The notes under the pieces are model-generated. The model saw nothing but the letters and a program-made list of their open reading frames with translations, did not search any database and was not told the origin of the DNA. DNA of 63,240 nucleotides, the filler included, from Octopus bimaculoides (taxonomy: Eukaryota), in NCBI RefSeq assembly GCF_001194135.2. It is 12 parts of 10 records of this genome, joined end to end, with 100 filler letters (N's around TTAATTAATTAA, not from the genome) between each part and the next. Parts side by side here need not be neighbours in the genome. Positions count along the whole stretch, not along the records: positions 10,881 to 27,040 come from NC_068984.1; positions 27,141 to 30,613 come from NC_068990.1; positions 30,714 to 40,204 come from NC_068997.1; 9 more parts are not named here. The stretch is one strand, 5' to 3'. Below are positions 23,501 to 34,498 of this stretch, one piece after another; the first letter of the stretch is position 1; each line of letters begins with the position of its first letter. A program made the position numbers and the translations under genes.

Positions 23501-26500
23501 GTTTTCCCAGGCTATTCTTATTCTAGCCGCTACATTCTCAGAACAACCACCCACTTTAAACAAAACGACCAAAGAGAAATAACCCAGAGTAGCTAGCAGC
23601 ATATATTTGAACAATGTATGTATTTACCAAATTCTTCTCAGATGTTAATCAACCAAAGGGTGCACACAAGGTATTGTATGGTGGGATCAAACTTGGAATT
23701 AAGTGGTTGTAGAGTGAATTTCTTAACCATACAGCTATTCCTGACCAAAGGCGTTCAAGCTGTTCTAGCCCATTATATCTAGGACCTTATTATCCAATGT
23801 GTTCTTGTTTTAAAATTTGCCCGATTTCATTGGAATAGATTGTTAATTCTGGGACACTCTGTATATACATATATATATATAAGTGCAGGATTCATGCAGT
23901 GAGAATAAACTTTATAACCTGCTTGTAAAGTGAACTTCTGAACTACAATAATACTGTGAAATCGTTAACCAAAATTCTATTTACAGGGTGTACAGTTGCT
24001 GAGCCGTGATGAAAATGAAAAATTGATGGAAGTTCGAATTCAACATGAAAAGCCCTCTGAAAAGTTTGCCAGCCATTTGTCTAGCAATGATTTAGACAGG
24101 GTGAATATCTCTGAGGAAGTAAATAAAACAGCTATTTGGCTGCAAGTACGAAATGAGAAGGAAAATGCACCCTTAAATTCAGAATCTTCAAGGCAAGTAT
24201 TAATGTTATATGGTAAACCAGTTAATATATATAGTTAATATATACAGTTAATATATATAGTGTGTAAAGTGGCAAGCTGGCAGAATCATTAGCATGCTGG
24301 GTAAGATGCTTAGTGGCATTTTGTCCATCTTTGTGTTCTGAGTTCAAATTCTGATGAAGTGACTTTGCCGTTCATCCTTTCAGGCTCTATAAAATAGGTA
24401 CCAGTGGAGTATTAAGGTCAATTTAATTGACTCTGTCCCTCCTCCTCAAAACTGCTGGCTTTGTACCAAAATTTGAAACCAATATAATGATGACACACAC
24501 ACATTATATTGGTTTCCAAATTTTGGCGCAAAGCCAGCAGTTTTGAGGGAGGGGCAAAGTCAATTAAATTGACCTTAATACTCCACTGGTACCTATTTTA
24601 TAGAGCCTGAAAGGATGGATGGCTGGATTCTGGATTTATTCATTCTGGACTGTTTTATTCTGAACTCTACACTCTCCGGCTGCACCTCTCCTACCCAAGG
24701 ATTACACTGGACCTATCTACTGATTATGTATGTATGTAACAGATGCACACTATAAGGTATTATGTGAAGTTAAGTTATATGCTCAAATTCTAACTACATC
24801 TATTGTTTTATTTAGTTTGAGGAAGAAATTTAGTGTTCCCAGTATTTTTAAGTTTCTCTAAAACTGTTGGATAGTGAGCAGGGTGAAGTTATCATTTCAT
24901 TAAGGGTATGATGTTTAGTCTAATTTTCAATATTGAAATGATATAATTTTGTTTACTTCCCCTACATAGTAAGCTGGAAGTACATATGTAGCTCAAAAAA
25001 TAATAACAATAATCATCATATCATGATGTTATGTAAAATGAGATGCTAACCTGAAAAAGAAACAAACAAATATAATTCCATGACAAGCACAAGGTGCTTG
25101 CCATGAGAGTCACCAAGAATTCTTCATGAGTTGATAGGGCAAAAAAGGTAAGGTAACTTTTAGTATTATTTGGTAGCTTTTGGTACTAAACTCTCAGCAA
25201 AAACATATACCAGTAATATACTGATTCTAATTGCTATAAATTTCCTCTTTCAAAATGAACTTCTAGCATGTCTTGTCATCATCATCATCATCATCATCAT
25301 TTAATGTCTTTGTTCCATGCTGGCATGAATTGGACAGTTTTGAGAGGATTCTATGGGTTCAAAGGACTACATTGTGTTCCAGTATCTGCTTTGGCATGAT
25401 TTCTAATGACTGGATGCCCTTCCTAATGCCAACCTCTTTACTGTGTGTACTGGGTCATTCTTTTGTGCCATTGGCCCTATTGAGGTCACCATGCAGCTCA
25501 TGAGATTACAAAATCCCTGGTGGTAATGGTGGGGGCAGTATTTATGCAATGAGATGTGGGTATTGAATGTGGGAGGATGGAAGGAGAAAAGAAGAAAGCA
25601 AGTTCTTGTGGAGGAGCTACATGGTTATTCACCTTTAAGTAAGGGAGTGAGATTGATCAGTAGAAGCTGCAAGTCCAGGTATCTTCCTAAGATATGAGAA
25701 AAGTAGAATTTGTTGAGACAATGGGACTAGAAGTGTAGGGTAGGGGGAACTTGGTAACAGCTTTAAAGATTGGGTAGGATTGAAAGGTGCATGTTAAGCA
25801 TGATGACCATTGCTGCATGAGTTATGGAAGGTACAGTGGTGTAGGAGGGAGTTGGGGAGAGTGGAAAGACAGACATCATCATCATCATCGTTTAACGTCT
25901 GCTTTCCATGCTAGCATGGGTTGGATGATTTGACTGAGGACTGGTGAGAACAGATGGCTACACCAGGCTCCAATCTGATTTGGCAGAGTTTCTACAGCTG
26001 GATGCCCTTCCTAACGCCAACCACTCAGAGAGTGTAGAGGGTGCTTTTACGTGCCACCGGCACGAAGGCCAGTCAGGCGGTACTGGCAATGGCCACGCTC
26101 AAAATGGTGTATTTTATGTGCCACCTGCACAAGAGCCAGTCCAGGGGCACTGGCAACGATCTCACTTGAAAGTCCTTACACTGGGCACAGGTGCCATCAC
26201 GATTTCGCTTGCCCCAACAGGTCTTCGCAAGCTGAGTTTCGTGTCCAATGAAGGAGACGACGTTGGCATGGGTGCCAGTCGTTGAATTGGCACCCATAAC
26301 TTCACTGCATTAAATAGAAATATATGAATACTTTTTCACATAAGGAATAAATTCATTTCATTATTTTACAGGAGTTCGAGGCGAAAAAGAAAATCGAAAG
26401 ACAAAGACAAGCATTCTAAAGATACAAAAAATGGGGAAGGAAAACATCATGAACGAAAAGCAGTTGATTTTTATATTCAAGAAGCTGATGACCCAGAAAG

Positions 26501-26516
26501 TGAAAGTAAAATGTAA
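11314..26516 (+). CDS. SLC4: SLC4-family Na+-coupled bicarbonate transporter (NDCBE/NBC-like), 3' part: 7 coding exons covering the last TM segments and cytoplasmic C-terminus; 5' exons not seen in window
   Basis: The manually spliced exons give one continuous frame with hallmark SLC4 motifs ([82 protein letters not shown]). All intron phases are consistent. The exact vertebrate orthologue cannot be assigned from memory. Confidence 0.96.
12858..12922 (-). mobile_element. RTE LINE extreme 3' end with (ATG)n tail
   Basis: (CAT)n-cgtttaacgtccgctttccatg, the same terminus as the longer copies. Confidence 0.8.
12965..13190 (-). mobile_element. SINE family A, CpG-decayed
   Basis: Matches family A with many CG to TG/CA changes. 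Confidence 0.85.
13915..14100 (-). mobile_element. SINE family E body, CpG-intact (young)
   Basis: Reverse complement of 44590-44755 (gagtgctcagccactt...cgtgag...ggaaccctcgacgtcgtaa). Confidence 0.8.
14870..15250 (+). mobile_element. Composite SINE C head + (TG)n + B tail, decayed; inverted C copy at about 14620-14745
   Basis: Similarity to the copies at 7100, 49200 and 52335. Confidence 0.75.
15852..15924 (+). CDS. SLC4: SLC4 exon: (R)[24 protein letters not shown]
   Basis: Acceptor tttcttaacag and donor gtgagt at 15925; 73 nt, phase 2 to 0. Confidence 0.95.
16064..16132 (+). CDS. SLC4: SLC4 exon: [23 protein letters not shown]
   Basis: Acceptor ttttcgcag and donor gtaagg at 16133; 69 nt. 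Confidence 0.96.
17780..18070 (+). mobile_element. Composite SINE C head + (TG)n + B tail, decayed
   Basis: gtggttaagaagcttgc...gaatttggtggacagaaactgt...cataacttagcagttcagc. Confidence 0.7.
18275..18451 (+). CDS. SLC4: SLC4 exon: [59 protein letters not shown]
   Basis: Acceptor tttatttttcag and donor gtaaat at 18452; 177 nt. Confidence 0.96.
19313..20125 (-). mobile_element. 5'-truncated RTE LINE (ORF C-terminus + 3' UTR + (ATG)n)
   Basis: Minus [23 protein letters not shown]...[12 protein letters not shown] is a typical RTE C-terminus. Confidence 0.9.
20567..20710 (+). CDS. SLC4: SLC4 exon: [48 protein letters not shown]
   Basis: AAG acceptor (gtatttaaaag) and donor gtaagt at 20711; 144 nt. 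Confidence 0.94.
20812..21155 (-). mobile_element. RTE LINE 3' UTR
   Basis: (CAT)n-tttaacgtcc...cagctggatgcccttcctaatg...gtgccaccagca. Confidence 0.85.
22558..23620 (-). mobile_element. 5'-truncated RTE LINE, longest copy
   Basis: 3' UTR plus ORF remnants [35 protein letters not shown]. Confidence 0.9.
23987..24192 (+). CDS. SLC4: SLC4 C-terminal cytoplasmic exon: [19 protein letters not shown]...[31 protein letters not shown](R)
   Basis: Acceptor ttctatttacag and an open frame. The [12 protein letters not shown] segment resembles the conserved SLC4 C-terminal motif as I recall it. The end is placed at AG|GCAAGT (GC donor); an alternative GT donor lies at 24213. Confidence 0.85.
24265..24617. 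repeat. SINE family A copy with fold-back inverted duplication (arms 24373-24489 and 24502-24617)
   Basis: The arms are reverse complements, with the outer ~60 nt identical; 12-nt loop. Confidence 0.92.
25275..25500 (-). mobile_element. RTE LINE 3' end, decayed
   Basis: (CAT)n-ttaatgtc...ctggatgcccttcctaatgcc. Confidence 0.75.
25876..26275 (-). mobile_element. RTE LINE 3' end, relatively young (CpGs retained)
   Basis: (CAT)n-cgtttaacgtc...acgtgccaccggcacgaagg. Confidence 0.88.
26372..26516 (+). CDS. SLC4: SLC4 terminal coding exon: (R)[47 protein letters not shown]
   Basis: Acceptor ttattttacag. The phase-2 frame matches the GC donor and ends at TAA 26514-26516. C-terminal E-S-K-M fits a class I PDZ ligand (X-S/T-X-hydrophobic). 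Confidence 0.75.
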
Positions 26517-26910
26517 TATGAGATCATCATTATCATTGTTATCATATTCATCTTCACCATCATCATGATGATAGTCTTCATCATCATTATTATCACTATC
26601 ATTATTATTATTGTTATTAATCAACATTATGATCATCACTAACAACAGTAACAACAGCTGAAATCAAAATGATACAGAAATAAGCTGTTTCAATGGCAAC
26701 ATCTATGAGTGTGATCTCAAATTACAAGAGTTTCAAATTAAAATGGTCAGGTAAATTTCAGAAGACCGTCTTCCTTTTGAGAGGATAGTAACAAGATGGT
26801 TACAAACAACTACTTGTGATAAATATATACATATGTATATGTATATTTACACAGACATATCTATGTGTATATAAATAAATATATGCATGTGCGCATATAT
26901 ATATATATAA

Positions 26911-26941
<31 letters not shown>

Positions 26942-26942
26942 A

Positions 26943-26981
<39 letters not shown>

Positions 26982-27140
26982 TTTATATATATATATATAT
27001 ATAATATATTTTATATATATATATATATATAATATATTTTNNNNNNNNNNNNNNNNNNNNNNNNNNNNNNNNNNNNNNNNNNNNTTAATTAATTAANNNN
27101 NNNNNNNNNNNNNNNNNNNNNNNNNNNNNNNNNNNNNNNN

Positions 27141-27179
<39 letters not shown>

Positions 27180-27374
27180 TTGTATGTCTGTGTTTGTCCC
27201 TCCCAACATCGTTTGAAACCGTTGCTGGTGTATTTACGTCCCCGTAAATTTGTGGTTCGGCAAAAGTGACCGATAGAATAAGTACTAGGCTTACAAAAAA
27301 TAAGACCTGGGATCGATTTGCTCGACTAAAGGCGGTGCCCCAAATGAATGAAACAAGTAAAAGAATATGTATAT

Positions 27375-27690
27375 GGCGCAGTTGTTAGTGCATCGTGCTC
27401 GCAATCATAAGGTAGTGAGTCCCATTCTCGGACGGGCCAGTGTGTTGTGTTCTTGAGCAAGTCACTTTATTTCAAGTTGCTCCAGTCACTCACCAGTGGA
27501 AATGAGTTGCGACATCACTGGTGCCTAGCTGTATCGGCCTTTACCCTTCCCTTGGATAACACTGGTGGCGTGAAGAGGGGAGACCGGTATGCATGGGCGA
27601 CTGCTGGTCTTCCATAAACAAGCCTGCAGGGACCTGTGTCTCGGAAGGTAATTTCTAGATGCAGTAACGTGGTCATTCTTGGCCGATATA
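27375..27690 (+). mobile_element. SINE family D, near full length
   Basis: tRNA-like head, cttgagcaagtcactttatttc core, and a body matching 9222-9440 in reverse. Confidence 0.8.
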
Positions 27691-27944
27691 TATATATATA
27701 CACTTTTAACAAATCTGAGCTCATTTGAAAATAGTATATATACGCCTATGCTTGCAGGATCATATTTACCTAAGGTTTGGGTTGTGTACTAGGATCAATG
27801 GATCTGATTCTAAAGAAATCGCTTGCGTTTTCCAGATTTGAACTATTTTTTACACATATGTTCACCCAGGCACCATGTACTAACTGAAGAAATTGCAAGA
27901 AATGAATAAAAGAAAATTGAATAACTTTAATATTAACCAAACAT

Positions 27945-28164
27945 CTATGTTATGCGTCTATATTTTGGTGCGCTGGAAATAACTATGAACCAATTAATTC
28001 TTGAAAATTTCGTGTCGAACATCAGCAAATACGAAAGGAAAATAAGAGACATGGAATAGGTATTGTAAGATAACAATTCTTTCATCAAATTCTGACAGCA
28101 TGAAACTATGCTGCATGAGTTTGGTGTTGAAATGTCTTCTGTTGTTAGCCTTATAAACCGTCTT
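27945..28164 (-). CDS. Hypothetical terminal exon (RRFIRLTTEDISTPNSCSIVSCCQNLMKELLSY...KYRRIT*)
   Basis: Acceptor tttcatattttcttttag. The phase-2 frame stays open for about 72 codons to TAG and is phase-compatible with 28614-28521. ATTAAA lies just downstream on the minus strand. Confidence 0.33.
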
Positions 28165-28520
28165 CTAAAAGAAAATATGAAATGTGACAAAAGCCTTTTC
28201 TGCATTGTATTAGATAAGTTATCATAAAAGGCAAATAATCTACCAATTCATTGATCTACTAATAATTAGAGATAACACGTTCACAAAAAACAAAGTTTAA
28301 TAAAAAATAATAAAGTAAAAACATCATACGTATCGGATCCCTGTTTCGGCAGAAAGACGGCACAAAAAATTAAAAAAACAAAACAATACTGAATATTAAA
28401 ATCCAAAGATAGGACTCCAACATTAGCCGTGCTACATAAGCGAATCTAAAGAACAAAAGAAAAGTGTATATGTACGCACGCATGAGTGTCATGTATTTAT
28501 GTGTGTACATATATACATAC

Positions 28521-28614
28521 AAGAACTTCGTATTGCAGTAACCAATGCATTTATCCTTAAGCAATGGTCTGCTGCCAGACCTCGTCATATACTCAGTAAA
28601 TATAATATGGCTTG
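28521..28614 (-). CDS. Hypothetical internal exon (SHIIFTEYMTRSGSRPLLKDKCIGYCNTKF)
   Basis: Minus-strand poly-T tract plus gcacaccgcag acceptor and a GTATGT donor; 94 nt, phase 1 to 2. Only one frame is open. Confidence 0.35.
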
Positions 28615-28887
28615 CTGCGGTGTGCAAAAAAAAAAAATAAAGAATCACTTCAATATGCAAGGCAGAACAACACAGACACGCGCACCCGACCATACACAAC
28701 CGTATAATGAGACGGGGAGAAAAAGAGAGAGAAATAGATAGATATTATTAATAAATTTAATGTGCAAAGTAACCCAATGGCCAAGAGTTACGTGCATGAT
28801 AGTTATCAAAGAGATAGACGGACATAGAATCATATATTCATAAATATATGTACGTTAGTTAGTCTATCTATTTATCTATCTATCTAA

Positions 28888-28946
<59 letters not shown>

Positions 28947-29038
28947 AACACACACATGTTTATTTATAAATACGTTACTGCTCTATGCTTTACAGCTTGC
29001 TTCTTTTTCGGATATATGATACACTGATTATACATGTG

Positions 29039-29071
<33 letters not shown>

Positions 29072-29519
29072 ATGTGCGTGTGTGTATATACATATACACA
29101 CACATATATATACATATATATATACAACTATATACATAAACATATACATATATATATATATATACACACATACATACCTATATATATATATACATATATA
29201 CATACACATATATACATATATATATATATATATGCATATACATATATTTGTACATATNNNNNNNNNNNNNNNNNNNNNNNNNNNNNNNNNNNNNNNNNNN
29301 NNNNNNNNNNNNNNNNNNNNNNNNNNNNNNNNNNNNNNNNNNNNNNNNNNNNNNNNNNNNNNNNNNNNNNNNNNNNNNNNNNNNNNNNNNNNNNNNNNNN
29401 NNNNNNNNNNNNNNNNNNNNNNNNNNNNNNNNNNNNNNNNNNNNNNNNNNNNNNNNNNNNNNNNNNNNNNNNNNNNNNNNNNNNNNNNNNNNNNNNNNNN
29501 NNNNNNNNNNNNNNNNNNN

Positions 29520-29573
<54 letters not shown>

Positions 29574-30523
29574 ATGCTTATGCGTGTATGTGTGTGAGTG
29601 TGTATAAAGTTTGATTTCCTTCATCTAATTCTTATTCTTATCTTTCATATGGTTAATGTATGGGAGTCTGTTTTCTGTTTTTCCTTCTGTGTTCTTCTAC
29701 GTCATACATTATCCTAGAAGTACATTTTAAGTTCAAATTCATACACACGCTTGCACACTAACACATGTACATATGTATGTATGTATATAGGTATGTATAT
29801 ATTTATGTAGATACACTTATATATACATATACATACAGAGTAATATAAAAGTATATATACATACATACATATTTATATTTATGAGTATATATGAGTGTGT
29901 GTTTGAATGAGTATATATGGGTGTGTGGGTGTGTGTATGGGTGTGCGTGTGTTTGTAGTTATGGACACTTATATGTATGCTTGTATGTTGACATCATTTT
30001 AGGTCTGATTCTGTTCTTTTCCAACACAAGAATGTCATCCACTCATATATTATTTTAACTTTTCTTTTTGTTCATCTTAAACATATAAAGTCAGTTCGTT
30101 TATTTTTCCTCCGTGTTTTTCTTTTGTTTGTTTGTTTGTTTTTGCTTTCCAGAAGACTGAACAATATGTCTAAAACCAGCCAATATGTGCCCATGCCTTG
30201 CAGGTGCATATGTTGCATAGTGGCCAATGTGTATATACACACATACATACATACATACATGCATACATACAAACATACATACATAGACACACACACACAC
30301 ACACGTACTTTGTCCTCGTTGAACATGAACGCCATATCTTTGATTATTCTCTTTCATAGATAAAATTATTGCATGGACAAAATAATTACAAAAGATGAAG
30401 ATAAAATATTGACTGCCTGCACAGCTATTTCAATATATAGGAGGCCATGTTTGTATGTCTTTATATATCAATGTATATCTATCTATCTATCTCTCTATCT
30501 ATCTCCCCCATATATATATATAT

Positions 30524-30556
<33 letters not shown>

Positions 30557-30574
30557 CATATATATATATACATA

Positions 30575-30606
<32 letters not shown>

Positions 30607-30713
30607 GACACGCNNNNNNNNNNNNNNNNNNNNNNNNNNNNNNNNNNNNNNNNNNNNTTAATTAATTAANNNNNNNNNNNNNNNNNNNNNNNNNNNNNNN
30701 NNNNNNNNNNNNN

Positions 30714-30903
30714 CCAGGCAAAATGCTTAGCGGCATTTCGTCCGTCTTTATGTTCTGAGTTCAAATTCCGCCGTGGTCGATTTTGCCTTTCAACCTTTTA
30801 GGGTCGATTAAATAAGTACCATTTGAACACTGAGGTCGATGTGGTCGATTATCTCCCTCCCCCCAAATTTCAGGCCTTATGCCTATTGTAGAAAGGATTA
30901 TTA

Positions 30904-30958
<55 letters not shown>

Positions 30959-30960
30959 GA
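30714..30960 (+). mobile_element. SINE family A with (ATT)n tail; further partial copy at 30962-31110
   Basis: gttctgagttcaaattccgccg core and a long (ATT)n. Confidence 0.88.
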
Positions 30961-32012
30961 AGATGGTGAGCCAGAAGAATCGTTACCACGCCGGGCAAAA
31001 TGTTTCTCGCCATTTCGTCCGTCTTTTGGAGTCGATAGAATAGAGTAGTAGGAGGGAGTCGATGAAATTGTCTTGCTCCGCCCAAGAAATTTCAGCTTTT
31101 GTGCTTATTGGAGATATGAGTAGTGCCGACACCCAAATGATTCTGTAAAGTGGCTGCAATTGATTTGTTAATCATTCTAGAAACATCTGTTTTTACGATT
31201 AGTTGAAACGTCAGTAGTTAGTTCTTGGATGTTTACAAAGAATTTACGTCAAAATACCCAAAGGTATTGGAGTTATTCTTACCATTTCAATACTTCAAAG
31301 GAATGAAAGTTCAATTTCTAGAATATATATTTCTTTTAATTTTCCATTGCGCAGTAATATTTTTTTCTAAATAAATCTGCAATATTGATAAAATTTGTAA
31401 AAAAAATATTTAATCGCAGGCAACGGTGGGTGGTTAAGAAACTCGCTTTACAACCATGTGGCATTGGGTTCGGTTCAACTGCGGTGGCACCTTGGGCAAG
31501 TTTCTTCCATTATTGCCCCGGACTGTATAGTGAATTAATTTGGTAGACGGAAATTGTGTGGAATCCTGTCATATAAAAATATATGTCAGCTTTACCTTTT
31601 GCTCCTTCGGCGTCGATAATATAAAGTACCAGTCATACATTGGGATCGAGTCTATTGACTGTTCCGCTCCGAACAAATCTTGGGCCTTGGCGCCTATGTT
31701 AAACTTAATTCAATGGAACTGATTTCCCTTAATGAAGAACTGTTAATAATGCCAATGATAATTAATTAATTAAATGGAGAAATTTAAGGATTGTTGCTCA
31801 TAACTAATTATACGCCACCACAAGTAGTAGTAGTTGTAGTTGTAGTAATAGTTGTAGTTGTAGTAGTAGTGGGGAGAAGGAATTCTTGTTCTTCCTCTCA
31901 TTTTGTTGATTATTTAATTGTAATTATTGTGTTGAGAAATTGAGTTTATGAAATGCATTAATAGTCCATAATTACAAAATTTACAGGGGACAGACAGACA
32001 GATAGATAGATA

Positions 32013-32050
<38 letters not shown>

Positions 32051-32394
32051 AATTAATATATTTCAAGTATGTCGAGTTAAAAACGTATGTGACTAAATAA
32101 AAATATTTAGATATCTAAAAATATTAAAATTAATATACTTAAATCCAATTAAATTTAATGAAAGAACAAATGAAATTCTTGTAATAAATAAATAAAATAT
32201 AGAATTTAGAAACGGTTGTTTAAAAATGCATTAGTTCTTTGTGCCGCGAGCCAGACAGATCGTTTTCATGCCGACCTTTGGACATGAGTGTTAAAGACTG
32301 GTTATTCTAAGTTCGGTTTTATTTTTGGCTGGTCTAACGTTAAAAATTTATGCTTGAACGTGTCTCTCCAAATATTATTTTAATTAATATCATG

Positions 32395-32857
32395 GCGGCG
32401 AGCTACCAGAAACATAAGCGCGCTGACAAGACGTATAAGTGGCATTTCATCCGTCTTTACGTTCTCAGTTCAGATTCCTCCGGGGTAGACTGCCTTTTTA
32501 TTCCTTCCGAGGTTCGATGAAATGACGTATCAGTTGAGGAATGTGCTTCGTGTAATCGATTTATACCATCCTCCTAAAATTTCTGGCCTCATTGTAAAAT
32601 TTGAAACCATTTAAGTTGGCGAGCAGGCAAAATCGTTAGAATGCCGGGCGAAATACACCTTCACGTTCTGAGTTGAAATTCCGCCGAGGTCGATATTGCC
32701 TTTCTTCCTTTCGGGGTCGATAAAATACGATATCAGTTTAGCACTGGCTCGATGTAATCGACTTATGCACTTCTTTGAAATTGCTGGCCAGAATTTGAAA
32801 TCATTATCATCATCATCATCATCATCACCATCACCATCATCATCATCATCATCATCA

Positions 32858-32928
<71 letters not shown>

Positions 32929-32930
32929 CC
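32395..32930 (+). mobile_element. Two tandem SINE A copies followed by (CAT)n(ATT)n
   Basis: Heads at about 32395 and 32617. Confidence 0.82.
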
Positions 32931-33149
32931 TTGCACTATTCTCCCGCCTCTTTGTGTTCTGATTTCAAACCTACCGAGTTTATCTTCCATCCCTAAAGAT
33001 TTTATTCATTCTTTCATTCCTCTTCATTTTCCCTGCTTCCGTACAAAAGAGCTTGTTCTATATTTTGCAACTGCCAATCCTACTTCTCTGTCCTGCCAAA
33101 ATTACCGTTTCTAAAAATTGCAAAATGTACAAAAGCAAGACAACTCTTA

Positions 33150-33369
33150 CCAGGAGAAGCTGAAAGTTTCTTGTCTTTAAGGCTGTGGCGAAATGCGTGA
33201 TTCGAGGTTCAACCTTCTGGGGGTTTTTACAGGGCTTAGAAAAACTGAAGGACTGCTGCAATATGTGTGTGAATCTGAGAGGGGAATATGTTGAATAAAA
33301 TCATAATTCATTGATCCTCCTGTATTTTCTTTTACCCAAAGCCAGGAACTTTTCAGTTGTCCCTCGTAT
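33150..33369 (+). mobile_element. Mariner-derived MITE (same family as 61818-62038)
   Basis: Shares ttttacagggcttagaaaaactgaaggac...gagaggggaatatgttg; right TIR aggaacttttcagttgtccctcgta. Confidence 0.8.
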
Positions 33370-33392
33370 ATTTAACTTTTCAGAAAATGCTA

Positions 33393-33770
33393 GCTCTGAT
33401 TCTTGCATGCTTCACCGTTAGGAAAAAAATACTTATTTGTATTCTTTGTATAACGGCAAGAAATCTTGCATGCTTGTTTGTCTCTCCTGAAAATTCGGGT
33501 TAGGATTCTTTCTGTATAAGACAGTTTGCATGTTTGGTTGTCTCACTTGAAGATTCTTGTCCGAAATCTTTTATATAAAAATGACAGCTTCCATGTTTGG
33601 TTGTCTACGAAATTCAGAATCAGATTCTTTGTATAAAATACAAGACAGCTTGCATGATTGGCTGTCCCTAAAAATTCCAGTTTGGATTCTTCATTTTGAA
33701 GTCAAGACAGCGTTTGTTTTTCATTTACTTCGAAAATCGAAGAACAGATTCTTGGTATAAAAGCAAAAAT
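33393..33770. repeat. Degenerate minisatellite, about 6 units of 55-65 bp
   Basis: Recurring gacagcttgcatgtttggttgtct...aaattc...gattctt..tataa. Confidence 0.8.
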
Positions 33771-33880
33771 TCCTGGCAGGGGATGATGTGGGGGAAGAAA
33801 TAATAACAAAACTATAAATAAATAAGATATACAAAAAATGTAAATAAATAAATAAATAAACAAATAAATAAGTAAATAGA

Positions 33881-33911
<31 letters not shown>

Positions 33912-33913
33912 AG

Positions 33914-34327
33914 CAGTTGTGACGAATTCCAAAGAATTTATAAATATTGCAGATATGTCATCTTGAAAATCGTTTACCACTTCTCTTCAGGTTAGGTGTG
34001 GAACATATCTAAAAGTTTTTGTCTTTCTTTCCGTTACTCACACGTCACTGAAGACCGGGTCGTTGGATTTTCTTATGCCATATTCCTAGATATTCTTTGT
34101 TGATTCATATGATGTTTTTTTAATATCGCTTTTAATGTAATTTTAAGTTGCATCATTTGGTTTCTCTAGTTCTTAACTATATCAGCCACTAAAATCAGAA
34201 ATGCACACTCATACATACACACACTTATGCATGCACACACATACACACATATACACGTGTGTATACTTATAAACATGTGCCTATATATATATATCTATAT
34301 GCATACATGCGTGTGTGTAGTGTCTAA

Positions 34328-34383
<56 letters not shown>

Positions 34384-34458
34384 CCACATATTTATGCATA
34401 TATATACCCATATGCACATATATATACAAATGCATATAGATAGATAGATAGATAGATT

Positions 34459-34498
<40 letters not shown>

